In this document: positions 20,357 to 30,325 of the stretch, one piece after another
Position numbering within the stretch: the stretch's first letter is position 1
How the letters are laid out: every line of letters begins with the position of its first letter
Assembly: GCA_045124155.1 (NCBI GenBank)
Contig: JBGVLG010000205.1
Coordinates: 4,103 to 68,102, forward strand
Length of the DNA stretch: 64,000 nt
Source of the DNA: Anaeroplasma sp.
GTDB taxonomy: Bacteria; Bacillota_I; Bacilli_A; Acholeplasmatales; Anaeroplasmataceae
Direction: 5' to 3'
Position numbers and translations under genes: made by a program
The notes under the pieces: generated by a model
Database searches by the model: none
Told to the model about the DNA's origin: nothing
The model's input: the letters and a program-made list of their open reading frames with translations, nothing else

Positions 20357-20959
20357 CTATGGCTTATATCTAACAAATCTAACTAACATTAATATTGATA
20401 TTAAAACCATTAATATACCAATTCCTAAAGGAAAATAATTGTGAAAATTATTTATTATGAAATAATCTTTGGAAATAAAATAAATTCTATATATAAAATC
20501 TTCTATTATTACTAAATCTGCAAGAGCAGATGCAAAGGTCATTTCCTTTAAACCAACAACCATTAAATCTGTTTTTTCATAGGCTTTCTTTAGATTTAAT
20601 AATGATAATATAAACATTAATATCATAAAGCCTATTAATAAATACCCAGTTAATCCAGAATATTCTTTATTATTTGAAATATCTATTCCATTTATTTTTA
20701 AAACTACAAAAGCTATGAAAATAAACGAATAGATTAGCAAAGCTAATGTCATAAAGAAATATGCTTTCTTTTTATTAGCTCTACTTTTAGTTAAATTCTT
20801 TACAAAAAGTAATTTAACTATAAATATTAATAATGTAGATATAGAAGCTATTAATAATACCATTGATAAATTTAAATAAGATAAAACTATTTTATAAATA
20901 AAGCTTATAAAGGTAATTATTGCGGATATAGCTGTAATTCTTTTTAATTTATTTTTCAT
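20357..20959 (-). CDS. Polytopic membrane protein, unknown function
   Basis: About 5-6 hydrophobic helices. Start trimmed to the ATG at 20959 (MKNKLKR...), which follows GGAG. The longer track ORF has no RBS. Confidence 0.5.
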   Translation of the reverse strand: MKNKLKRITAISAIITFISFIYKIVLSYLNLSMVLLIASISTLLIFIVKLLFVKNLTKSRANKKKAYFFMTLALLIYSFIFIAFVVLKINGIDISNNKEYSGLTGYLLIGFMILMFILSLLNLKKAYEKTDLMVVGLKEMTFASALADLVIIEDFIYRIYFISKDYFIINNFHNYFPLGIGILMVLISILMLVRFVRYKP

Positions 20960-21019
20960 ATTAATCTCCATAAACAATAGATTAATAAATAACTTCAATT
21001 AAGAATTATAATTATTAAT

Positions 21020-21802
21020 CTATTTTTCTATATATTGTCCTTCAAAATTATATTTATTTCCAAAAGAAATATCTTCTATTTTATTATCTAAATAATCATT
21101 ATATTCATTAAATCTCAATATTATTTCTTCTATTGATTTATTTATAATATTATTAATATCTAATAAATATTTATCAACTCTAAGATCATCATTATATTTT
21201 ATTTGTAAATCCTTATATTTCTTATTTTTAAAGCTAATTATTAAGAAGCTTTTAAATATAAATCTTTTTATTTTATTATAAGTCATAGAATAGGAAATAG
21301 CATTTCTCATCATAAATAAGCTATTCTTCATTTGATATGGTTTAATATCATAAATATTATTAATATATGAAAAATTTAATTTTTTATATTTAATATCCTT
21401 ATGAAATTTTATTTTTTTATCATAATATTTTAATGCTAATCTTTTATCTAGTTCTGATTCTATTAAAATATGAAGATCATTTGTAGGATTAACCTCATAT
21501 ATATATTTATGAATATTTTTATCTAATATATAATGAGTTAACAATCCAAATATAAATGAAATATAATCATTATCATTAGAATTTTTTGCTTTTGTTAATA
21601 TATTATATATTCCTTTATTATGTAATTCACAAGATTTTTTATATAAAGATAAGCCTTTAATAGATAAATAAAAATAAAGAGGATCAGGACCTAAAGCTCC
21701 ATCTAAATATAATTCTTTATTTGTTATTTTATTTTTAATCCTATTATCAATTAATTCTAATATTTTATTAGCATAAAATTGATGTGTATAACATGATGGC
21801 AA
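21020..21802 (-). CDS. Zinc-dependent phospholipase C-like family protein (putative)
   Basis: 260 aa. N-terminal SCYTHQFYA, GALGPDPLYF and THYILDKNIH (H-x3-D-x3-H) resemble the Zn ligand pattern of the PLC fold. TTG start is 8 nt after GGAG and 2 nt after the upstream stop. Confidence 0.5.
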   Translation of the reverse strand: MPSCYTHQFYANKILELIDNRIKNKITNKELYLDGALGPDPLYFYLSIKGLSLYKKSCELHNKGIYNILTKAKNSNDNDYISFIFGLLTHYILDKNIHKYIYEVNPTNDLHILIESELDKRLALKYYDKKIKFHKDIKYKKLNFSYINNIYDIKPYQMKNSLFMMRNAISYSMTYNKIKRFIFKSFLIISFKNKKYKDLQIKYNDDLRVDKYLLDINNIINKSIEEIILRFNEYNDYLDNKIEDISFGNKYNFEGQYIEK

Positions 21803-21804
21803 TT

Positions 21805-22341
21805 TTAGTACTCCTTCTTTTCTTTATTATATTTTTTTAAATATTTAAAGAATTCCTTATCATTTGAATCTCTATATAATATTAATAGTCTTTCCATTTC
21901 TTCTTTAGTTTTTTCATGCATAGGAATATAATCCTTTTCTTTATAAAAATAGTTTAAAGCACCATCTCTTTGATTATTATTTTTATTATAAATTATAGTC
22001 GCAGCTATTCTATCACATATTGATTCTACTAAATATCTTTTTGGCATTTTTACTGCTTCATAGGTATTTGATGTTGGGTTAACATCAACCCAATATTCTG
22101 TATGATGCTTATTTCTTCCCTTATGATGCATCCAAGCCTCACTATAGCCTTTAGCCTTTCTTTCATTGTAATTAGGGCTATAAGTACCTTGATAATATTT
22201 CGCTCCATTAAAGAATTCTATAAATGAATATTTTGATAAATCATGTAATAATCCTTGTTTAATTAATCCGGCTTTAAAGCAAAGCTTCATTACTAATAGC
22301 TTATGCTTAGTAATAGTATTAAAATGCTTAATTATATGCAT
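21805..22341 (-). CDS. His-rich hypothetical protein (resembles DUF5662-type proteins)
   Basis: 178 aa. LLHDLSKYS and WMHHKGRNKHHTEYW motifs suggest a metal site. The family assignment is from memory only. Confidence 0.45.
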   Translation of the reverse strand: MHIIKHFNTITKHKLLVMKLCFKAGLIKQGLLHDLSKYSFIEFFNGAKYYQGTYSPNYNERKAKGYSEAWMHHKGRNKHHTEYWVDVNPTSNTYEAVKMPKRYLVESICDRIAATIIYNKNNNQRDGALNYFYKEKDYIPMHEKTKEEMERLLILYRDSNDKEFFKYLKKYNKEKKEY

Positions 22342-22402
22342 ATATTTTATCCTTTCTTTTTAATTTTAATAATCAATTAAAATTGCTTATTATTACATAA
22401 TA

Positions 22403-22432
22403 GATAGAAATATGGAGGGATTTTCCCTCCAT
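22403..22432 (-). terminator. Hairpin terminator after the YitT-family gene
   Basis: ATGGAGGGA / TCCCTCCAT perfect 9-bp stem with a 3-nt loop. The minus-strand tail AUUUCUAUC is only moderately U-rich. Confidence 0.5.
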
Positions 22433-22441
22433 AATTTATTT

Positions 22442-23449
22442 TTATATTATTGTATGCTTAAAGAAGGCTCCAAATATCTTCTTTATAGGAGATACTGTAA
22501 TCCAAGCATCTTTATCTACTTCAAAAACAGCATTTTTAGCTTTTTCAACCTCATAAGAGGACACAACCATAATGCAATCTGTTTTTTCAGCATGAGTAAA
22601 TCCACCTTCAACCTTAGAAAGAGTAATACCACGATTAACACTATCGTATAAAGCCTTTCTAACCTCTTCAGGCTTAGTTGTGATTATATCTAATCTTTGG
22701 AAGGTATAAGCTGTATGTATTTTATCTACTACAATATTACAAATAATAATAAATATTATCGTATAAAAGGCTATATTAATCATTCCTATTTGTATACCAC
22801 CTATAAATGCTATAATAATATTTAAAATCATTGATGCAGTACCAACAGAAAATTTAGAATTTTTTAAATTTACAATTTGAGCAATAATATCTACTCCACC
22901 TGTTGAAATACCATATCTTAAGGCTAATCCTAAACCTATACCACATAAAATACCGGCAAATATTGAAAGGAATAGTTTTTCATTTGCTGGATTAATTCCA
23001 AAAATGTAATAAGAGTTTTCTCCAACTACATAAACTCCATTAACTAATTCACTAGTAGGTACCCAAGTAATGCCTCCATTAATTACAATTGGACAAGGAA
23101 TCCAACCCATTAACAACAATGACATTACAAGTACACAACAGATTGTATATAACACAAATTTTGGAGATACATATTTAAATCCTAAAATACATAAAGGTAA
23201 ATTACAAATTAAATTAAAAACACCTACTGGAATATTAACTGTACCATCAGTTAATATTAAAAACATACGATTAAATATTTGTCCTACTCCTGTAAAACCT
23301 AGTGATAACAATCCTGCTGGATCCAAAAACCAGGCTACAGATAATGAATATAAAGAAGAAGCTAATAATACAATTGATAATCTAAATAATATATCCTTTA
23401 ATTCTTCTTTAGATAATTTTATACTCTTAAGAGATAATTTCCTTTCCAT
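22442..23449 (-). CDS. YitT-family membrane protein with C-terminal DUF2179 domain
   Basis: 335 aa. YGISTGGVDIIAQIV motif and soluble C-terminal module ...RGITLSKVEGGFTHAEKTDCIMVVSSYE. Start overlaps the metG stop by 1 nt. Confidence 0.85.
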   Translation of the reverse strand: MERKLSLKSIKLSKEELKDILFRLSIVLLASSLYSLSVAWFLDPAGLLSLGFTGVGQIFNRMFLILTDGTVNIPVGVFNLICNLPLCILGFKYVSPKFVLYTICCVLVMSLLLMGWIPCPIVINGGITWVPTSELVNGVYVVGENSYYIFGINPANEKLFLSIFAGILCGIGLGLALRYGISTGGVDIIAQIVNLKNSKFSVGTASMILNIIIAFIGGIQIGMINIAFYTIIFIIICNIVVDKIHTAYTFQRLDIITTKPEEVRKALYDSVNRGITLSKVEGGFTHAEKTDCIMVVSSYEVEKAKNAVFEVDKDAWITVSPIKKIFGAFFKHTII

Positions 23450-25371
23450 TATCTTACTATATCTCCAGGATTTAAATTATTTACATTTAATAATTCTAAT
23501 GTAGTATCAGATTCATCTGATGCACATAATAGCATTCCACAAGATTCTTCTCCTCTTAGTTTAATTGGAGCTAGGTTTTTAACTACTACAACCTTTTTTC
23601 CAACAAGCTCTTCTGGAGTATAGAATTTTGCAATACCAGATACTATTTGTCTAATCTCAGTACCTATATTAACCTTAAATACTAAAAGCTTATCAGCCTT
23701 TGGATGTTTTTTAGCTTCTAATATTTGTCCTACTACTAAATCAAGCTTGTCAAAATCATCAATAGAAATTAGTGGTTTTGAGTCTTTTTTAGGTTCTACT
23801 TTTATTTCCTTTTCTGCTTCTTTTATAGCAACCTTATCCATTATTTCCTTTACATCAAGTCTTTTAAATAAAACATCAGATGAAGAAACATTATATTTAG
23901 CTGTTTTAAATTCTAAATCATCAAATGAAGTTAAGCTAGTATTTAAATAAGTGTATACCTTATTACTTGTTGATGGCATAATTGGTTCTAATAATATTGA
24001 AGAAATTCTAATTGCTTCTAATAAATTATATAGAACTGTTCTTAATACTTCTTTCTTTTCTAAATCCTTAGCTAAAACCCAAGGAGCAGTTTCATCAATA
24101 TATTTATTAGATTGACGTAATAGCTTCATTACCTCTTCAATTGCATCTGCTACCTTATATTGATCCATTAGCTTTTTATATTGAACTACTGTAGTTTTAG
24201 CTGTATCAATTAGCTTTGAATCAAATTCAGTTTCTGATGATTTATAAATATCCTCATCACCAAAATATTTTTTGACCATCGCTATGGTTCTATTAACTAA
24301 ATTACCATAGGTATTAGCTAAATCAGAATTATTCTTCTCACATACTAATTCATAGGTGATATTTCCATCTTGAGCAAATGGAATTTCATGTAATACATAA
24401 TATCTAACTGCATCTACACCAAATAATTCTACTAAATCCTCTGTATAAATAACATTTCCTTTACTCTTGCTCATTTTACCATGATTCATTAGAATCCAAG
24501 GATGTCCAAATACTGTTTTTGGTAATGGTAAATCTAATGCCATTAGCATAATTGGCCAATAAATTGTATGGAATCTTAAGATATCCTTACCAATTAAATG
24601 AATATCTGCAGGCCAAAATTTATTATATAATTCTCCATTATTTCCATTCACATCATAGCCAATACCAGTTAAATAATTTAGTAATGCATCAATCCAAACA
24701 TAAATTACATGCTTATTATCAAAATTAACTGGGATACCCCATTTATAGCTTGTTCTTGAAACACATAAATCTGGAAGAGGACTTGAAAGGAAATTATTAA
24801 TCATTTCATTCTTTCTTGATTCTGGTTGTATAAAATCTGGATTATAATTAATATAATTAATTAATTTTTCTTGATATGGAGCAAGTTTTAAGAAATAACA
24901 TTCTTCTTTTGTTAATTCCACTTTGCCACCACAATCAGGACAACATCCATCAACTAGATCTTTTTCAGTAAAATATGATTCACAGGCAACACAATAATGT
25001 CCTTCATATTCTCCCTTATAGATGTCTCCTTTTTTATATAATTTTTCAAAGGCTAAAGCTACTTGTTTTTCATGATATGTATCAGTTGTTCTAATAAAAT
25101 TATCATATTTAACATTCATTAAATCATAGGTTTTTCTTAATTCACCTGAAATATGATCTACATGTTCTTTAGGAGTAATACCTAAGCTTAAAGCTTTTTG
25201 TTCTATTTTTTGACCATGCTCATCTGTTCCAGTTTGAAAATAAGTATCATAGCCATCCTTCTTTTTATATCTAACAATCGCATCTGCTAAAATAGCTTCA
25301 TATACATTTCCAATATGAGGCTTACTTGATGTATATGCGATTGCGGTAGTTAAATAAAATTTCTTTCCCAT
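23449..25371 (-). CDS. metG: Methionyl-tRNA synthetase with C-terminal tRNA-binding (Trbp111/EMAP-like) domain
   Basis: HIGH variant KPHIGNVYE, KMSKS (GKMSKSKGN) and zinc knuckle CVACE...CPDCGG. Start trimmed to the ATG at 25371 (MGKKFYLTT), 8 nt after GGAG. Confidence 0.95.
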   Translation of the reverse strand: MGKKFYLTTAIAYTSSKPHIGNVYEAILADAIVRYKKKDGYDTYFQTGTDEHGQKIEQKALSLGITPKEHVDHISGELRKTYDLMNVKYDNFIRTTDTYHEKQVALAFEKLYKKGDIYKGEYEGHYCVACESYFTEKDLVDGCCPDCGGKVELTKEECYFLKLAPYQEKLINYINYNPDFIQPESRKNEMINNFLSSPLPDLCVSRTSYKWGIPVNFDNKHVIYVWIDALLNYLTGIGYDVNGNNGELYNKFWPADIHLIGKDILRFHTIYWPIMLMALDLPLPKTVFGHPWILMNHGKMSKSKGNVIYTEDLVELFGVDAVRYYVLHEIPFAQDGNITYELVCEKNNSDLANTYGNLVNRTIAMVKKYFGDEDIYKSSETEFDSKLIDTAKTTVVQYKKLMDQYKVADAIEEVMKLLRQSNKYIDETAPWVLAKDLEKKEVLRTVLYNLLEAIRISSILLEPIMPSTSNKVYTYLNTSLTSFDDLEFKTAKYNVSSSDVLFKRLDVKEIMDKVAIKEAEKEIKVEPKKDSKPLISIDDFDKLDLVVGQILEAKKHPKADKLLVFKVNIGTEIRQIVSGIAKFYTPEELVGKKVVVVKNLAPIKLRGEESCGMLLCASDESDTTLELLNVNNLNPGDIVR

Positions 25372-25406
25372 ATATAACACTCCTTTACCAAAAAGAATTC
25401 TTCATA

Positions 25407-25435
25407 ATTATAACAAAAAAGCCTATATTATTCAA
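25407..25435 (-). promoter_or_regulatory. Candidate metG promoter
   Basis: Minus strand TTGAAT - 17 nt - TATAAT, about 35 nt upstream of the ATG. Confidence 0.5.
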
Positions 25436-25689
25436 TATAGACATTTTTAAGAATTTTATGAGTTTTATATTTTATTTATTTGAATAAAAAAACTATTTTA
25501 TAATGTAAAAAAAATCATATACTATCAATAGATTTATATATTATTACATTTAATACATTTATATAGCTTTCTCTTTATTTTAGTTTCTTGTTTATTATTT
25601 AAATGAATCTTAGTGCTATATATGTATTCAAAAAAACAATTTTTATTTTATAATTTATAAAATCATTAATTAATCCTTGAGTTTATCAT

Positions 25690-25725
25690 AAAAAAAATCC
25701 TATTCATAATATATTATAAATAGGA
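25690..25725 (-). terminator. Terminator after the acetolactate decarboxylase gene
   Basis: Minus strand TCCTATT / AATAGGA stem followed by U8. Confidence 0.65.
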
Positions 25726-25785
25726 AATCTTTTGAAATTATATGATTAATTATACTAGGTTATCTCATATAAAATTATTAATAAA

Positions 25786-26511
25786 TTATTTTTTTGAGGA
25801 TCCTTCTACTTGCTTAGTCTTTTCTTTTAAGTCCTCAGTTAAGTCCCAAGACTCAAAGCCTTCTGTATGAGGAAGAATTACATTCCATTCATCAATATCA
25901 TTTATTTTATAATTAATATTAGTTCCTTGTAGTTTTAAGATATGTCCACCATGTCTAAAATCCTTACTTAAGAAATGCACATGCCATCCTGCCAAATTCA
26001 TACCCTGAACATAGTTAGGACAATAAACACCGATTACATATCCTTCCTCATCAAAATCATATTCTCTTTGATCACATGCGACCTTATACAATGGCTGATA
26101 AGGTTTAACTTGCTTATAGCATGAACGAATACGTACCTTAAATAAGCCTTCCATTTTAATCATATAAAAGAAGTTTTTACTAGGAAGCTTTTCTTCAAGC
26201 ATTTCCTTTAATTGCTCTATATCATCAAATGAAATCTTATATTCTATAGCATTATTATTAAATTTAGATACAGTTGCAAATGGTAATTTATCATTCTCAC
26301 TCATGACATAAGTTTTACCATCAGCACGAGAATCGTAAGCAACACCATTAAGAATAATTGCTTCACCATCAAGTCCTTCATAAGTACCTATACCAATATC
26401 ACCTTTTTTTAATAATTCACCTACTGTTATAGTAGCATTATAATCACCCATCATTAAACTATTTAATGTACCAATTTGTGTTAAAATTTTTTTCATTTTT
26501 TTATACCTCAT
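25786..26511 (-). CDS. budA: Alpha-acetolactate decarboxylase
   Basis: 241 aa. QIGTLNSLMMGDY..., GIGTYEGLDGEAIILNGVAY and GWHVHFLS motifs. ATG at 26511 overlaps the upstream TGA (ATGA). The alternative ATG at 26496 has a better GAGG RBS. Confidence 0.88.
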   Translation of the reverse strand: MRYKKMKKILTQIGTLNSLMMGDYNATITVGELLKKGDIGIGTYEGLDGEAIILNGVAYDSRADGKTYVMSENDKLPFATVSKFNNNAIEYKISFDDIEQLKEMLEEKLPSKNFFYMIKMEGLFKVRIRSCYKQVKPYQPLYKVACDQREYDFDEEGYVIGVYCPNYVQGMNLAGWHVHFLSKDFRHGGHILKLQGTNINYKINDIDEWNVILPHTEGFESWDLTEDLKEKTKQVEGSSKK

Positions 26512-27662
26512 TTCTTATTTGTTTTATAATTATAATTTTCATCAAACAGATTTGTTATTAATTCAGGATGTGATTCAGAGAATACTCTCTTAACATCACT
26601 AAATTTATTCCCTTGATGTGATTTAAAATAATAAGTCATAATACCCTTTGTAAAGAATGGTGAAAGAATATTAGTTATTAGCAAAACAAACGCTAAAATA
26701 GAAACACTATTTGTAATTAAATCACTTCCAGAAATACCATTAAATATATAAGCACTAAACATTACAGGAATTGACAATGAGACTCCAGCAAGAGATGAAC
26801 TACCAATAGAAGCATAACCAGGACGCTTCAAAGCAAATCTATCTACTATATAAGGGATTATCATTGTAATTGCCCAGAAAATAACTGTTAATAGTAATGC
26901 AGCAAATAATACAGATGGCTTAAATGCATCAATCAAATTGATTGTTGAACCAAATTCAAATCCTAAAAAAGGAAGAATAATAGTATTTCCACCCTTAAAT
27001 ATTTCTCTTATTTTAGAGTCTAAATTACCAAGAATAAATCCTAAAATAAAGGGAATAAGCAATGAAAATATCTGAACAATTTTTACAAGTGTCTGACCAT
27101 CTGAAGAACCAGCAACCTGACCAAAAGAACTAATAAATACAAATGGCAAAAGTGGCATAGATAATATTAACATAACAGGGAAAGCAGCTCTATCACTATT
27201 ATCAGCATATGGAGGAATAATTCCCATATATAAAGCTGCATTAGCAGATGTTACAACACATGTAAATGTGATAAAATCAATTCCACAAAAACCTTTTGGA
27301 CCACAAGTAAACCATACTATTGTACAAATAATATATGCAGGAAGTAATCTTGCTAACAATAGCCAAAAGCCACGTTTAAATACATCAACAAAATCATGAG
27401 GCTTAATCATTGTACCTGTACAAAATAGCATTAATCCTATTAATAGCATTTGACCAGTTTTGCCAAAAAGATCCTTCATTGGATTACCAAGAAATTCCCA
27501 TAAGGTTTTTCCCTCTCCTATTACTCCTGTACCAAGACCACATTCAACTGTTATTGTACAAATAATAGCACTAATAACTAATGGAACAAACATTGTTCCT
27601 GCAGGAATCTTATTTAAAAAAGCCCAAATTCCTACATTTAGAGGCTTATTTTTCATATTCAT
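26508..27662 (-). CDS. KdgT (2-keto-3-deoxygluconate permease) family transporter
   Basis: 384 aa. IPAGTMFVPLVISAIICT and LIPFILGFILGNLDSKIREIFKGGNTIILPFLGFEFGSTINL align by eye with B. subtilis KdgT. Confidence 0.8.
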   Translation of the reverse strand: MNMKNKPLNVGIWAFLNKIPAGTMFVPLVISAIICTITVECGLGTGVIGEGKTLWEFLGNPMKDLFGKTGQMLLIGLMLFCTGTMIKPHDFVDVFKRGFWLLLARLLPAYIICTIVWFTCGPKGFCGIDFITFTCVVTSANAALYMGIIPPYADNSDRAAFPVMLILSMPLLPFVFISSFGQVAGSSDGQTLVKIVQIFSLLIPFILGFILGNLDSKIREIFKGGNTIILPFLGFEFGSTINLIDAFKPSVLFAALLLTVIFWAITMIIPYIVDRFALKRPGYASIGSSSLAGVSLSIPVMFSAYIFNGISGSDLITNSVSILAFVLLITNILSPFFTKGIMTYYFKSHQGNKFSDVKRVFSESHPELITNLFDENYNYKTNKK

Positions 27663-27709
27663 AATATCATTCCTTTCATTTAACGCAATTATTATAAAAC
27701 TTTATTTCC

Positions 27710-27738
27710 TTGAATTAAATGTCCTAATAGTGTATAAT
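27710..27738 (+). promoter_or_regulatory. Candidate promoter of the PucR-family regulator gene
   Basis: TTGAAT (27710-27715) - 17 nt - TATAAT (27733-27738), with TG at the extended -10 position. Confidence 0.5.
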
Positions 27739-27750
27739 AATCGTAAAAAA

Positions 27751-27767
27751 TTGTGCTTATAGCACAA
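27751..27767 (+). promoter_or_regulatory. Perfect 7-3-7 inverted repeat TTGTGCT-tat-AGCACAA (candidate operator or 5' UTR hairpin)
   Basis: Lies between the predicted -10 and the GGAG RBS of the regulator gene, inside the divergent regulator/permease intergenic region. Confidence 0.35.
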
Positions 27768-27778
27768 GGAGTGATTTT

Positions 27779-28939
27779 ATGAATATAGAAATATATAAAA
27801 AAGAAGAAAATTGCTATACCTTAAAGGAACTTTTAGAATTATATTCTAACTATATTAAAAATCCTATGGTAGTAATAAATCATAATTATGAGCTTTTATA
27901 TTATACTCAAACAAATGATGTAGATAATGTATATAAAGAAGCAACTAATTCTGGTGTTTGGTCATTAGAATTAATTGCAATAGCAAATAATGCTTTTAAA
28001 AATAATAATGAATATGTAATTTTAGATTCAATAAATAAAAATAAAAGGAGACTCTTCTATAAAATAGAACATAATATTATGCTCGGATATTTAGTTTTAC
28101 TTGAAGAGGATAATTCAACTTTTAATAGCTTAGATTATGATATTTTAAGGCATCTTGCCAATTCAATTAGTAAGATCTTATATTTAGAGGATTATAAGAA
28201 AAATGATGCAAATATCCAAAGCTTTTATAAAGCCTTACTTAATGACGAATATAAAACAAAGGACATATTAAAGGCTAAAATTAAAGAATATAATGTTAAT
28301 TTAAATTCTAGTCTAATTATTATTTCACTTTCAAATGCAAGCTTTATTCAAAATAATTATTTAAAGGTTAAATTAGAAAATACTTTATCAGTTAACGCAA
28401 TAATAGCTTATAATGATAATGTCTTAGTATTCTTTAATAACGATAAATTACCTACTAGTAAAATTACTGATATATTAATTGATAATCATTTAACTGCTCT
28501 TTATGTAAAAAAAATATCAGAATACTTCTCATTTAATACTTATTATACTGCTTTAGCTAATTTATTAAATTTTTTAGAAGCTAGTAATAAAAATGTTATT
28601 TATTATGAGGAGGACTACAAAATATATTTACCTTTTTTTACAGGAAAGCATTCTCTAAATGAAATTAAAAATTATATTAATTCAAAAATAATGCAAATAT
28701 ATGAGGATGATATTAAAAACGAGACTGATAACATTGATACATTATATTACTATTTAAGCTTTGATAAAAGCTTAAGTATAGCCGCTACAAAGCTATATAT
28801 TCATAGAAATACTGTATCATATAGACTTATGAAAATTAGTGAGATATATAATATAGATTTTAATGATTTAATACAAAATAAAATATATGTTTTTTCAATT
28901 ATTTTAATCAAGTATTATCATTATAAAATAAATGAATAA
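27779..28939 (+). CDS. PucR/CdaR-family transcriptional regulator
   Basis: 386 aa. C-terminal HTH ...SLSIAATKLYIHRNTVSYRLMKISEIYNIDF, typical of PucR_C. The N-terminal sensor region is unassigned. Confidence 0.75.
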   Translation: MNIEIYKKEENCYTLKELLELYSNYIKNPMVVINHNYELLYYTQTNDVDNVYKEATNSGVWSLELIAIANNAFKNNNEYVILDSINKNKRRLFYKIEHNIMLGYLVLLEEDNSTFNSLDYDILRHLANSISKILYLEDYKKNDANIQSFYKALLNDEYKTKDILKAKIKEYNVNLNSSLIIISLSNASFIQNNYLKVKLENTLSVNAIIAYNDNVLVFFNNDKLPTSKITDILIDNHLTALYVKKISEYFSFNTYYTALANLLNFLEASNKNVIYYEEDYKIYLPFFTGKHSLNEIKNYINSKIMQIYEDDIKNETDNIDTLYYYLSFDKSLSIAATKLYIHRNTVSYRLMKISEIYNIDFNDLIQNKIYVFSIILIKYYHYKINE

Positions 28940-29042
28940 TTATAATTATATAATAGATAAATATGATAAAAAATAATCATTGCCCCGTAGTTACAAATTT
29001 CAATTTTTACATATAAACTATAAACTTCATAAGAGATTATAA

Positions 29043-29080
29043 AAGAGGATTGATAAATTAGAGTCAATTCCTCTTTTTTT
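29043..29080 (+). terminator. Terminator after the PucR-family gene
   Basis: AGAGGATTGA / TCAATTCCTCT stem followed by T7. Confidence 0.7.
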
Positions 29081-29405
29081 GACTTTATTAGGAAATAATA
29101 CTAATAAAATAGTGTAAGACTACTAACCTATATTTTTGAAGGTCATAATCCTACACTAGTAAAACCATTTTCGCTTATTAAAATTATTTTTGCTTTTCTA
29201 TTATCTTAAGTTTACATCTCCATTGTTGAATTTCATAATATAATATTAAGTGTTACTAATTTAGTTTTAAGTATACCATTTATTATAGTTATAGCTAGAT
29301 CTTAAATAATAGATTAATGTCATGCCTAACACAAAAAATAGCCCATTGAGTCTAAAAACTTATAGAGGCTATTTTATATTCATTTTAATTATAGTTAATA
29401 CTGAA

Positions 29406-30233
29406 TTAGGGCTTAATAATTTTTTTATTTTTGAAGCAATTATTTACATATTCATAAAATTCATTTACAATATTTCCATTATTCATTCCAAATTGATTTT
29501 TCTTAATTCCTATAAATCTAATTATTTTATATTCTTCAAGACTCAATAAAAATAAATCATCAAATATTTCTCCTGAAGTAAATTCAGGTATAAAACCATA
29601 ACCATTATTATCTAAAATTAAATCATGCATTAATATCAAATTATCACATTCAAATGCTATATTAGGCTTTATATTATTTTTTTTATAAAAATAATCAATA
29701 TTATCTCTTAACTCTTTAAAATGAGTAAACGTGATCACAGGCTTTTCATTTAAATCAGATATATTCTTTATCTCATTTTTATATATACTTCCACATCCAA
29801 TATATATTTCTTCTTCATATCCAATATTATCTGAAAAAATCAAAATATCCCAATCATCACATTTATTTTGTAATAATGTAAATGTTACATCACTATATTT
29901 CTTTTTAAATTGTAATAAAGCATTAGTAACAAATGTTGAAGCAGCTAAAGCACATATTTTAATATGCTTATTATTCTTCATTACTTTTATTTCATTTTTA
30001 ATATTTAAAATTGAAGCTAAGGGATCCTTTAGCTTTTCATAAAGCCATTTCCCCCATGATGTGAGTTTAATATTTCTTCCTTCACGAAAAAATAATGAAA
30101 CTTCGAGCTCCTCTTCTAGCTTATGAATAGATTTAGTCAATGCTGGCTGAGCTATATTAATCTCTCTACTAGCTCTTGTAATATGCTCCAATTCTGCAGT
30201 TTTATAAAAATAATATAGTTGTGAAAGCTCCAT
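29406..30233 (-). CDS. LysR-family transcriptional regulator
   Basis: 275 aa. N-terminal wHTH LSQLYYFYKTAELEHITRASREINIAQPALTKSIHKLEEEL. Divergent from the MATE gene. Confidence 0.88.
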   Translation of the reverse strand: MELSQLYYFYKTAELEHITRASREINIAQPALTKSIHKLEEELEVSLFFREGRNIKLTSWGKWLYEKLKDPLASILNIKNEIKVMKNNKHIKICALAASTFVTNALLQFKKKYSDVTFTLLQNKCDDWDILIFSDNIGYEEEIYIGCGSIYKNEIKNISDLNEKPVITFTHFKELRDNIDYFYKKNNIKPNIAFECDNLILMHDLILDNNGYGFIPEFTSGEIFDDLFLLSLEEYKIIRFIGIKKNQFGMNNGNIVNEFYEYVNNCFKNKKIIKP

Positions 30234-30325
30234 ATTAATATCCCTTCGTTATTAAATTTATCAATATTATATATTTTTATTTATATAAAATCAATGCTAT
30301 AATTTTAAATAGTGAGGTATATATT

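Noticed and set aside
25381-25785. Possible T-box or other riboswitch in the 405-bp region upstream of metG.
   Set aside because: On the minus strand I looked for the conserved T-box sequence (AGGGUGGUACCGCG-like) and a specifier/terminator arrangement. None is present, and the region has almost no G/C. The only hairpin (25423-25440) overlaps a good TTGAAT-17-TATAAT promoter. The remaining ~250 bp is featureless AT-rich spacer.
29085-29330. Possible small RNA between the PucR and LysR terminators (imperfect hairpin TAGTGTA...TACACTA at about 29131-29180).
   Set aside because: There is no convincing promoter/terminator pair and the pairing is weak and interrupted. Conservation cannot be assessed, so the evidence is insufficient.
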